A stretch of 64,000 nt of DNA, taken from Sedimentisphaerales bacterium. Its GTDB lineage: Bacteria; Planctomycetota; Phycisphaerae; Sedimentisphaerales; SM23-30. Each line of letters starts with the position of its first letter. The first letter of the stretch is position 1. This document shows, piece by piece, positions 10,552 through 19,098 of this stretch. The notes below the pieces were generated by a model that saw only the letters and a program-made list of their open reading frames with translations, was not told the DNA's origin and did no database searches. Made by a program: the position numbers and the translations under genes. Location of the stretch: contig CAXXFK010000028.1 of NCBI GenBank assembly GCA_963663965.2, positions 1 to 64,000 on the forward strand, read 5' to 3'.

Positions 10552-10576
10552 AAAAAGCCTGTCGGGGTGACAGGCT
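10552..10576 (-). terminator. Intrinsic terminator
   Basis: AGCCTGTC/GACAGGCT 8-bp stem with a U-run on the minus strand. Confidence 0.75.
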
Positions 10577-10785
10577 GTTCCAAGATCTCCTTTTTCTAAA
10601 GCCTCAAAATGCTCTAGAAAAATACAAATACACATATGTCCAGAAACACTTAATTCATTAATGAATTAATGTACTTGCAAAAATACTCTCTTTTTCTCCT
10701 AAGATTCAAAAAGCAAATACAGCAATGAAATCGCTGAATAAAAACAAATAAAAGATATCAAAAAATAACAGATTCTCTTTCAGAG
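10552..10785 (-). ncRNA. Candidate intergenic sRNA (~230 nt)
   Basis: TTGACA (10820-10815), 18-nt spacer ending TGG, TAATAT (10796-10791); no credible ORF; internal 20-bp palindrome; ends at the terminator. Confidence 0.4.
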
Positions 10786-10863
10786 ATTTCATATTACCAA
10801 ATTTCAGTAGGGAGTGTCAAGCTACAATTATAAAAAAGTAGTTAGTAATTTAGTAATTAGCCG

Positions 10864-11592
10864 TTAGTAAAGAATTTCCATGAGACAAAGCCCCTGAGGG
10901 GGGGCTGGTTGCGGGCAAAAGCGGTTATCGTGGGCGTTTAGAAGTTGGTCAATATAATCCGTTGATTTACGGCCCGAGCCGATTTCAACAAGTGTGGCTG
11001 TAAGTGAACGTATCATAAGATAGATAAAGTTGTCGCCCCTGAAATCAATATAGATGTTATTCTTTTCACAGCTGATATTGCATTGGAAAATAGTTCTGAC
11101 GCAATCTTTCCTGCGGTCTTTAGATTGTTTGATTCCTACAAAATTGTGAGTTCCGACAAGTTTGTCAGCTGCTGATTGCATAGCCTTTATGTCAAGTTTT
11201 GTGCCAATGTGCCAGCTTGTATTATTGGTATCAGTGTTTGATATTGTATAGCGATAGTGCTTTTCCAGGTTGCCGCCAATTGGGTCAAACCCCCGTGGAG
11301 CTGGTGTTATTGATTTTATCTCGATATCGTCAGGGAGCAATGAATTTACCTGTTGCCTAAATGCCTCGCAGTTAATATTGCTACGGATGACCAAAGCGGC
11401 TGTCTGCCCGATTGCGTGTACGCCAGCGTCAGTCCAGCTTGCGGCGTGGACATTGACTTTCAGGTCAGTCATTTTTCTAAGAGTTTCTTCGATGACCTGC
11501 TGAATGGTTTGCGGCTGGTCTTTTTGTCTACGCCAACCGAAATAGTTAGTCCCATCGTACTTGATAATAGCTATGTAAGTCTTTTTTTCCAT
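10864..11592 (-). CDS. truA: tRNA pseudouridine(38-40) synthase TruA (RTD motif reads WTD)
   Basis: YDGTNYFGW, xTDAGVHAIGQ, YRY, GTHNF, APPQGLCL. Confidence 0.9.
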   Translation of the reverse strand: MEKKTYIAIIKYDGTNYFGWRRQKDQPQTIQQVIEETLRKMTDLKVNVHAASWTDAGVHAIGQTAALVIRSNINCEAFRQQVNSLLPDDIEIKSITPAPRGFDPIGGNLEKHYRYTISNTDTNNTSWHIGTKLDIKAMQSAADKLVGTHNFVGIKQSKDRRKDCVRTIFQCNISCEKNNIYIDFRGDNFIYLMIRSLTATLVEIGSGRKSTDYIDQLLNAHDNRFCPQPAPPQGLCLMEILY

Positions 11593-11612
11593 TTTCTATG
11601 ACAGTTGATCGA

Positions 11613-12815
11613 TTAGATTTCCATGCCGCAGCAGTAACCGCTGGACCAGGCCCATTGCAGGTTATAGCCGCCAAGCTGCCCGGTAACATCTAGTACTTCA
11701 CCGATGAAATATAGCCCGGGTACTGTATTAACTTCCATAGTTTTTGACGATATCTGTTTAGTGCAGATGCCGCCGAAAGCAGCTTCAGCTTTATTAAAAC
11801 CGGCATCGGAGCGAGGTGTGAATTGCCATTTATTTATGCTGTCGGCTATGGTTATTATTTGTTGTTTCGATAGGGATGCTATTGGACCGGTGCAATCTGG
11901 AAAGTATCTTTGCTGCCATAGGTTTATGAACCGTTGTGGCAGATTCTTGTGTAGAAGTTTTGCTATTGTCATAGCTCCATCTGTCTGGCGCGTGATATTG
12001 ATAATATTTGCCAGATCATATCCGTTAAGCCAGTCAATAGCAATTGTGTCACCCTGTTGCCAGGTGTTTGATATCTGTAGGATTGCCGGTCCGCTCAGGC
12101 CGGTATGAGTGAAAAGTACATCTTCTATGAATGTGCTGTTATTACAGCTGACGGCTGCGATAACGCTATTTCCTGCTAAGTCTTCCATATGTTCCAGGTC
12201 TGTCTCATTGTACATTAGAGGAACCAGGGCAGGTTTGGGTTTGATTACTTCCAAACCAAATTTTCTAGCGATCGTATAGCCTGTATTGGTTGCTCCGCAT
12301 TGCGGCCAGGCAGGGCTGCCGGCGGAAACTACAACCTTCTCGGCGGTGAATGATTGGCTTGCTGCTGAAGTGACTGTGTAAATACCATCGTTAAATATTA
12401 CCGAATCTACCGGGAAATCACATTGGATATCGACGTTGGCTTCTTCGCACTTTTTTATGAGTATCTTGACGATGTCCAAAGCACTGCCTGTGCAGAACAG
12501 TCTTCCATAGTCTCTCTGTTCCCATTTGATATCATTTGAATCGAGCAGGTCAATAATGTCCCATTGAGAGTATCTGGCCAAAGCCGATTTGACAAAGTGT
12601 TTGTTATTGCAGTAGAAATTTTCTGCAGAGCAGTCAATATTGGAAAAATTGCATTTACCGCCGCCAGAGATTGGGATTTTACCACCTGGCTTATAGGCTT
12701 TTTCAAGTATCAGTACTTGCTTTTCTCTGGCAGCTGCTGTTGCCCCGCAAATCAGCCCGGCAGCACCGGCACCAATAATGATTATGTCGTATTTTTTCGT
12801 TATTTCTGTCATCAA
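11613..12815 (-). CDS. HI0933/YhiN (BaiN)-family NAD(P)/FAD-dependent oxidoreductase
   Basis: IIIGAGAAGL, SGGGKCNFSN, LFTHTGLSGPAIL, GEVLDVTGQLGGYNLQWAWSSG. Confidence 0.92.
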   Translation of the reverse strand: MMTEITKKYDIIIIGAGAAGLICGATAAAREKQVLILEKAYKPGGKIPISGGGKCNFSNIDCSAENFYCNNKHFVKSALARYSQWDIIDLLDSNDIKWEQRDYGRLFCTGSALDIVKILIKKCEEANVDIQCDFPVDSVIFNDGIYTVTSAASQSFTAEKVVVSAGSPAWPQCGATNTGYTIARKFGLEVIKPKPALVPLMYNETDLEHMEDLAGNSVIAAVSCNNSTFIEDVLFTHTGLSGPAILQISNTWQQGDTIAIDWLNGYDLANIINITRQTDGAMTIAKLLHKNLPQRFINLWQQRYFPDCTGPIASLSKQQIITIADSINKWQFTPRSDAGFNKAEAAFGGICTKQISSKTMEVNTVPGLYFIGEVLDVTGQLGGYNLQWAWSSGYCCGMEI

Positions 12816-13214
12816 AATTATATCTTAGCTTTTCTTATTGTTTAGTTGAAAGCAATATATCTTAAATGTATATGTAGTAAAAGGATATTTTAGAAATCAT
12901 TGTAATTGGTGGAATTTGAAGTATATTTTATTTAACTATGTGTAAAATTGGGAAGTTTATGCCTTTTGTTTTAGTCAGTTAATATATATATAATAGTTAT
13001 TTTATATTATGATTCATTTATATTTTAGCAAGATAGTGATAAGGTTAGAGTATAGAATAGCTCAAGTGGAATAGCTATATGTATATTTAAGTTGTTTTAT
13101 TGTAACCTGTTATTGGTTTTAGTCTATTATTTTAGTGCAATGGCGGTAAAATAGGTAAAGAGTTTTGGTTTCAAAATAATAGATCAAAATAATATCATTC
13201 AATTAAATTTTTTA

Positions 13215-13223
13215 TGGTATAAT
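13215..13223 (+). promoter_or_regulatory. Extended -10 promoter candidate for the downstream PEP-CTERM gene
   Basis: TGgTATAAT in AT-rich DNA, 42 bp left of the IS insertion site. Confidence 0.4.
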
Positions 13224-13402
13224 GCGTTTTTATTTTGTAAGTGGTAAAATGTTATGCAGTTTTCTTGTACTGGTTCAGCGTGAACTGGACAAATCCGTTT
13301 CCAATTTAATAGACTTTTCACTTTGATTATAACAATTGTTTTGCCTTCGGCAAGGCTTTATTTTACAGGTTTTTTAAGGCATTGCAAAGCTCTGAATAGT
13401 TG

Positions 13403-13508
13403 AAAATGGTGGCAGCATATAACCGCCACCATACGACAATTCGTCGCTTAGTTCCGGCTATCCCTGGCAGGTTGCGCCTCCGCAGAGCCTGCTTCCGTTT
13501 CGCCGGAC
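13403..13508 (-). ncRNA. Candidate structured RNA encoded in the IS3 3' region
   Basis: TTGACT-16-GATAAT promoter overlapping the orfB stop; nested stems UCCGGC/GCCGGA and GCAGG/CCUGC, hairpin GCGAC/GUCGU, terminal hairpin GGUGGCGG/CUGCCACC followed by AUUUU. Confidence 0.5.
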
Positions 13509-13538
13509 AATTTCATTATCTGCAACTAACACAGTCAG

Positions 13539-14495
13539 TCAAGCTGATTTTCGTTTCTGCTTTCGGGCTTCCCTTGCTGCCTCCAGCTTTCTATCTCGTT
13601 CGGCATGGATCGCTTCAGCTCTACCTTCAAGCTTGTCTATTGGAGCAATATAACCTATCGCACTATGCAACCGTTTATTATTATAATGGTCAACAAAATC
13701 AGTTACCAGACGACGACCATCTTCCAGAGATAATGGCGTTTTTGGTCTGATACAGGTACTTTTGATAGTTTTATGATACCTTTCAAGCTTGCCGTTACTC
13801 TGTGGGTAATACGGTGAGGTTCTTACATGTGTCATGCCGCTGAGCCTGATATATTCCTTGAAGTCTTTCGATATAAACTGCGGTCCATTGTCAGAGATAA
13901 TCCTCGGATTTTCATCCGGGAACTTCTCCCGGGCTTTCTGTAATATTATTTCCACATCGTATTCTTTCATTGCTTCACGGATTTCCCAGTGAACAATATA
14001 ACGGCTGTAGCCGTCCAAAATACTGCACATATAGTAAAATGTTCCGCAAATATTGAGGTACGATATATCTATATGCCAATGATCGTGAGCCTGTATCGGC
14101 TGAACAAAGCCGGTGCCTTTCTTACTGGCTTTACGGTTCCATCTGTCCATATATCCGGCATCTTTCAATACCCGATATACACTCGATGGACTTACCGCCA
14201 CAATATCGGCATCCATCATCATATAACACAAACTGCGATAACCTTCTTCCGGATACCGCCGGAAATATTCGATTATTGCCAGACGTTCAGCTTCTGTCAG
14301 CCAGAAATCTCTCGGTATCAGACCATTATGGTCATTTTTCATACCGTAACGCTTCTTCCAGTTGTAATACTTACTGCGGGATACCCCCAGCCATTTTATC
14401 ATATTTTTGGCAACAATCTCAGTTTGGTCTGTCCAGTAGCCCACATAGTCAATTACTTCATCACGAACATCAGGTTCAGCCCAGGAACCGTTCAA
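13539..14495 (-). CDS. IS3 transposase OrfB (DDE integrase core)
   Basis: WHIDISY / ISDNGPQF / NGKLERYHKTIK DDE triad; YNNKRLHSAIGY. Confidence 0.95.
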   Translation of the reverse strand: MNGSWAEPDVRDEVIDYVGYWTDQTEIVAKNMIKWLGVSRSKYYNWKKRYGMKNDHNGLIPRDFWLTEAERLAIIEYFRRYPEEGYRSLCYMMMDADIVAVSPSSVYRVLKDAGYMDRWNRKASKKGTGFVQPIQAHDHWHIDISYLNICGTFYYMCSILDGYSRYIVHWEIREAMKEYDVEIILQKAREKFPDENPRIISDNGPQFISKDFKEYIRLSGMTHVRTSPYYPQSNGKLERYHKTIKSTCIRPKTPLSLEDGRRLVTDFVDHYNNKRLHSAIGYIAPIDKLEGRAEAIHAERDRKLEAAREARKQKRKSA

Positions 14496-14809
14496 TCCTC
14501 GCCAAGACTTTTTTTTAGCATAATATGTGACTCCATGATCTCAGCAATCACTCCGTCCTTATGTACAATTCTAGTCTCAAGCTGAGAGATTTTACGCTCT
14601 AATTGCTTATCATAAGCTACCTTACGGCTTTTAGTCTCTTTAGTGAAAGCCGCAGCCCCATTTTCAAAAAACTGCTTCTGCCATGTGTAAAACACATTGG
14701 GATTAAGCCCCGTACGCTCACAAACCTCCGATACCGCAACCTTGTCAACCAAGTGCTCTCGAAGTAACTTAACCTTCTCGTCCGCTGAATAATTCTTACG
14801 CTTTGCCAT
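14492..14809 (-). CDS. IS3 transposase OrfA (HTH)
   Basis: RKNYSADEKVKLL...VSEVCERTGLNPNVFYTWQKQF, followed by a coiled coil. Confidence 0.93.
   Translation of the reverse strand: MAKRKNYSADEKVKLLREHLVDKVAVSEVCERTGLNPNVFYTWQKQFFENGAAAFTKETKSRKVAYDKQLERKISQLETRIVHKDGVIAEIMESHIMLKKSLGED
14508..14516 (-). promoter_or_regulatory. -1 programmed ribosomal frameshift site producing OrfAB
   Basis: Minus strand CTA AAA AAA AGT (A8G); the -1 frame is open into orfB (KKSWRGLNGSW); GGAG upstream and a GGTTC/GAACC hairpin downstream. Confidence 0.8.
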
Positions 14810-14946
14810 GTTTATTTCCTTTCTGCCAGACTATACTAACAGTAATTCAGGAAATGTCCAATTCCATCTGAAGCAATACATTCTACTGTGAGTTTGTTGA
14901 AATAAATATAGAAAAGTGGATTAATACGAAAAAATAAGAAGGTTTT

Positions 14947-16008
14947 GTGGTTATGAAAAAGTTACTAGCTATTTGTATATTATTATATATTTCTTGTGCT
15001 TCGTACGGAGCAAATAGTATACGTCAGATATACTCTTTTGAAGATATGCAGACGTATTTTCCAGCTCAATATGTTTACGGAGCTGTTACAACAGGTGGTC
15101 AGACTTACTGCCAATTGTTTGGAACTTATGTTTCCGGCTTAACATCAGTTTCACGCAGTAGTGATGGAGTTCTATCTAACGATACACTTATTGACCCTGA
15201 GTATTGGAATGTTTTTTCCAAAGGAAAGGAAAGGATGAACTCATACAATAGCATGTCTACCGATGGAAGGTACTTGTATTATATTGAAATGAGTACTGAC
15301 CAGATTCTCAGGACAGACACTTACGATGGAAGTACTTCAGTTTTTGCATATGCTAGTGATATAGCTGCTGCTACAGGTAATACTTCTGCTATATTAGTTT
15401 CCTATGGTGATGAGTATAATAGTGAATATTACTTTTTTGATGCAAGCAGTAGGAGTGTTGTAAAGGCAGCTGGTTCTGGGGTAGATGTATATCTCTCTAA
15501 AACAGAACTTGAGTCATTAACTTCTTATGATGGTTTTTCAGGTTCGTCTTCAGTTGCTGGTGGTATTACATTTGATGATTCAGGTAAAATGTATTGGGGA
15601 TGTAATTCAAATCACAGTATATATTCATGGGATGGTACAGATTGTGAAGTGGTTATTAGTGAAAGTGATATTTCCGCTATTACAGGTCAGGATGTTTTGA
15701 GTTTGGGTGATATTTTTGTTGCACCTGATGGCAATATGTATTTTATGGACAATGGATTTGGAATCTTGAAATATATTTTTCCTGATATTGATAACACAAA
15801 AGGGGCAGTTGAGGTCATTCTAACAGTTGAAGAGTTACTTGATCTTGGCCTTGATACTCAATATGTTTTTTGTTTTGACTGGTGTGATGATAGTTTGGCG
15901 TTTATCGAAAAGACATCTGGTTATTACGAAGTGGTAACACCAGAACCTATGGCAATGACTATGATTAGCTTGGGAGCTATGTTAGTTGCTCGCAGAAAAA
16001 GGCAATAA
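14947..16008 (+). CDS. Secreted PEP-CTERM protein, probable beta-propeller
   Basis: Signal peptide; blade-like motifs (STDGRYLYY, ITFDDSGKMYW, VAPDGNMYF); C-terminal VTPEP + TM helix + RRKRQ. Confidence 0.88.
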   Translation: MVMKKLLAICILLYISCASYGANSIRQIYSFEDMQTYFPAQYVYGAVTTGGQTYCQLFGTYVSGLTSVSRSSDGVLSNDTLIDPEYWNVFSKGKERMNSYNSMSTDGRYLYYIEMSTDQILRTDTYDGSTSVFAYASDIAAATGNTSAILVSYGDEYNSEYYFFDASSRSVVKAAGSGVDVYLSKTELESLTSYDGFSGSSSVAGGITFDDSGKMYWGCNSNHSIYSWDGTDCEVVISESDISAITGQDVLSLGDIFVAPDGNMYFMDNGFGILKYIFPDIDNTKGAVEVILTVEELLDLGLDTQYVFCFDWCDDSLAFIEKTSGYYEVVTPEPMAMTMISLGAMLVARRKRQ

Positions 16009-16066
16009 ACACTAAAAAGAGTTTATTAAGTCCAATTCGGAATAAAATTTATATGTGATATTAAAT

Positions 16067-16110
16067 ATAGAGGCAATAGTGACTTTTGTGATTGTTGCCT
16101 CTATTCTTTT
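16067..16110 (+). terminator. Intrinsic terminator after the PEP-CTERM gene
   Basis: ATAGAGGCAATAGT / ATTGTTGCCTCTAT stem followed by TCTTTT. Confidence 0.75.
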
Positions 16111-16267
16111 GTAATTGGGGTATTTATACTTGTGTGTCTGGAACACAGGTGATTATTTTCTATAAAATGCTTGTAGAAAAAGATTTACTGGCTATTATAT
16201 TTATGTCAGAGTTTGTCTGATAATGTGGATATCTGTCAACTATCTTAAAACAGCAGAATAGAAATGG

Positions 16268-18343
16268 ATGAGTATGAGTGTGTGTAAGTTTACATTATTC
16301 CTTAGCTTATGTCTTTTTGTATGTTTAGAGACTACAGGCATAGGGAAAACACCAGATGTTTTTGAGGAATTAGTGCCTCAAAATCATGCAAATTATGATG
16401 AAAGATCAGGAGATCATACAGGTGCTTTTGCATATAACCCTGTAAATGGTCGTTTTTATGTTTCGACATATGAAGAAGGTGCAGGCATTCGTTGTTTTAT
16501 GCCTGGAGAGGCTGAAGAACCCAATTATCCAGAACCTTATAAGCCTAATAATATTTTAAAAGATGAAAAAGGAGTTTCCTGGTTGTGTGCGAGCAGTTCC
16601 ACTTTGGCTACTGTAATAGGTAGTCCTGACATCGAAGAAGGATTGTATAATCCAGTTTCTTATTTTATTATTCACGGTATGGTACTTAATCCTAAACCGG
16701 TGACAGTAAATGGTACAAATTATGGTGTTGGGGAGCTTGCTATTTTATGTGACGGCGGAGAAGCTGAAAAATCAAGTTATACAAAGAGGATTTTAAGCTG
16801 GGATTTACGAGAAGTCGGTTCTCCTGCTGGTTGTGTTGAAGGTGAAGATCCGAATCTTTGGGATCCGAGCTCAGTATTTTATAATCCCGATAATCTTCCG
16901 GATAAAGCTAATGCTTATTTTGATGTTGACGTCTTGGATATAGAGAAGTTCGGTCAGCAGTTCGGTTATGGCTGTACAAACTGGAATGATACATTTGATT
17001 CTCTGGTGACGCTGCAGGATATGGCCGATGCGATAGGTCTGGGAAATGTGCCAGCGACAAACTACGATAGAGCTGGTGATAAAAGAGCTTGTTTTTCTAG
17101 TGATGGTAAAACGCTTTTTTGGGGTTCAAAAGATTCGCGAGAGGGAACGTGTTATGTTAATCCTAAAACTCATGTAAGAGTTTGTCTTGGTGATAGGAAG
17201 TTTTCTGGTATCTGGTCCTATGGATTGGAGACGGGTGAATTAAGGAGGATTTTCGACGATACCAGTTCGAGTCGGTATACTATTACCAGTTCAGAGATGG
17301 CGGTAGTTCCTGTTGGAGTAAGGAATTTGTCCGGTTTGCCTTATGATGATTCTGTTGATCAGTTGCTGTTTGATGGTTCAGAGGCTAGTGGTAACTTATC
17401 TGGTGTGAACTGTATGATGGTAGATGGTACTAATGAGCCGCCGATCTACCCTGTGGTAAGCGGGACGGATTTCCTGGATTTTGCAGAAATAGATGTTTAT
17501 TCTTTAGAGTACTATGGAATAGATCTGAATGAACCAAATTCTTATCCAAGTGATGAGTTTGATCCAGAATCTTTCGATTTAGAAGATTATGTAAATATTG
17601 ATAAATGGCCGAAGGTCTGGTCTATTACGACTGATGATCAGGGAAATGTTTACTTTTATATGCGTAAACCTAATTCAGTTTATATGTATGATACTAAGGG
17701 GCGTATGGTCTGTATAGAGAATATGGTTCAGGATATTGCTATAAATTATGAAAAGGGAATAGATTCCTTTTATTCCGAGAACCTGAGGCTTGAAAATAGG
17801 AAAGTTGAATATAAGCCAGAGGTTGGAGATAAGTATGAAATAGTTCAGCTTATGTATAATGCCAATGGATTAAATAGTATATATGGGTTAAATGTATTTA
17901 AGCCATGTGATTTTGATCGTGATGGTATTATTACTGAAGCTGACCTTGAGTTTTTTGAAACACAGCTAAATAGGACAAAGGCTGATGATATTCCATTTAT
18001 AGAGGATGAAGGTTATCATGATTACCTTAAGGCTGACTTGAACGGCAGTGGTCGAACATGCAAGGTTCTAATGGAAAGTGAATGTCTGCCAGATAGAACG
18101 GAATTTGAGCTTGGTAATGCCTCTGTTACGGAAAAAGACGTAGAGGTGCTATATGATTTTATTATTCCGGGTAATCTTAACCTGGATGATAGAGTTGATA
18201 TGGCAGATTTTAGTGGATTTGCTAAGAATTATCTTACTGAAGATATGGCCGGCTGGTCTGAAGGTGATTTTGATTTTGATGATGATGTTGACCTGGATGA
18301 TCTTATGTGGATGGCTGATTCCTGGATGATGTATGATGATTAA
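16268..18343 (+). CDS. Secreted acidic propeller-like protein with C-terminal dockerin/EF-hand-like repeats
   Basis: Signal peptide; AYNPVNGRFYV, FSSDGKTLFW, TTDDQGNVYF; Ca-binding loops DFDRDGIITEADL, GNLNLDDRVDMADF, GDFDFDDDVDLDDL. Confidence 0.8.
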   Translation: MSMSVCKFTLFLSLCLFVCLETTGIGKTPDVFEELVPQNHANYDERSGDHTGAFAYNPVNGRFYVSTYEEGAGIRCFMPGEAEEPNYPEPYKPNNILKDEKGVSWLCASSSTLATVIGSPDIEEGLYNPVSYFIIHGMVLNPKPVTVNGTNYGVGELAILCDGGEAEKSSYTKRILSWDLREVGSPAGCVEGEDPNLWDPSSVFYNPDNLPDKANAYFDVDVLDIEKFGQQFGYGCTNWNDTFDSLVTLQDMADAIGLGNVPATNYDRAGDKRACFSSDGKTLFWGSKDSREGTCYVNPKTHVRVCLGDRKFSGIWSYGLETGELRRIFDDTSSSRYTITSSEMAVVPVGVRNLSGLPYDDSVDQLLFDGSEASGNLSGVNCMMVDGTNEPPIYPVVSGTDFLDFAEIDVYSLEYYGIDLNEPNSYPSDEFDPESFDLEDYVNIDKWPKVWSITTDDQGNVYFYMRKPNSVYMYDTKGRMVCIENMVQDIAINYEKGIDSFYSENLRLENRKVEYKPEVGDKYEIVQLMYNANGLNSIYGLNVFKPCDFDRDGIITEADLEFFETQLNRTKADDIPFIEDEGYHDYLKADLNGSGRTCKVLMESECLPDRTEFELGNASVTEKDVEVLYDFIIPGNLNLDDRVDMADFSGFAKNYLTEDMAGWSEGDFDFDDDVDLDDLMWMADSWMMYDD

Positions 18344-19085
18344 TTATGGAGCAAAGCTTGAATCTCATGGTAAGTCTAAAGGCTTTACCATAATAGAGCT
18401 TCTGGTTGTGGTAACCATAATAGCGGTTCTTGTTTCTATTATGCTTCCCTCTATGGCCAGGGCAAGAAAGCAGGCACGGCTAGTAGTGTGTAGCTGCAGT
18501 TTACGTGAGATTGGCCGTTGTTTATTTATGTATGCGATGGATAATAATGATCACTATCCAGATAGTGAAACTCTGGGCGGCTGGAAGTTCAGGGCCGCCC
18601 CAGGCTATGTTGATCCGGATGATCCATGGAGTAAGTATGAGAGATTTGGCCTGGCGGCAATGCTTGATGGCAGAGATCTTGATTTACTCACTGGTAAGTT
18701 CCAAAGCAATAAGCCCAAATACCTGGATAGCCAAAGTGATATATGGATTTGCCCAGATTGCCAGCAAGATTGGATGAGGGAGCTGGGGAATACTTATTCG
18801 TTTTATACAGGGAGCCTTTTAAAAGAAAAAACAGCAACAGATCTGCAAAGAGCGTCAGTTGCAACTGGCGGGCTTATGAATAGTAAAAGGTGGTTTGTCT
18901 GGGATAATATATCTCAATTGCCATATATTTCAGGTGTTATTTTACCTGAAGGTGTAAGTCCAACGGGTTATGTTTTTAAGCCAGAGAATAAAAAGTATCC
19001 TCATTTATTTGGGGGTAAATACAGGAGTGCAGCAAATGTGTTGTACTTTGACCTTCATGTCGAACATTATCTGACTCCGGAATAA
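18333..19085 (+). CDS. Prepilin-type N-terminal cleavage/methylation protein (DUF1559-like)
   Basis: KGFTIIELLVVVTIIAVLVSIMLPSMARARKQA...C..LREIG; C-terminal H...ANVLYFDLHVE (variant of the H-X9-DG motif). Confidence 0.9.
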   Translation: MMINYGAKLESHGKSKGFTIIELLVVVTIIAVLVSIMLPSMARARKQARLVVCSCSLREIGRCLFMYAMDNNDHYPDSETLGGWKFRAAPGYVDPDDPWSKYERFGLAAMLDGRDLDLLTGKFQSNKPKYLDSQSDIWICPDCQQDWMRELGNTYSFYTGSLLKEKTATDLQRASVATGGLMNSKRWFVWDNISQLPYISGVILPEGVSPTGYVFKPENKKYPHLFGGKYRSAANVLYFDLHVEHYLTPE

Positions 19086-19098
19086 TAAGATCAGACCC

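Larger units (their letters stand above)
13266..14880 (-). mobile_element. Complete IS3-family insertion sequence (1615 bp)
   Basis: Terminal IRs TGTACTGGTTCAGCGTGAACTGGACA and TGTATTGCTTCAGATGGAATTGGACA (20/26 identical, TG...CA ends); 4-bp target duplication TTCT at 13262-13265 and 14881-14884; orfA and orfB inside. Confidence 0.95.

Noticed and set aside
10444..10635. 63-aa minus-strand ORF
   Set aside because: Runs through the terminator into maf antisense; no convincing RBS.
13460..13508. Resemblance of GAAAC...GCGCAACCUGCC to a c-di-GMP-II riboswitch core
   Set aside because: Too short, lacks the kink-turn/pseudoknot region, and has no downstream gene to regulate; kept only as an unassigned RNA.
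13400..13750. 116-aa + strand ORF and other antisense ORFs within the IS
   Set aside because: Shadow frames of orfB and the structured tail; no RBS or protein motif.
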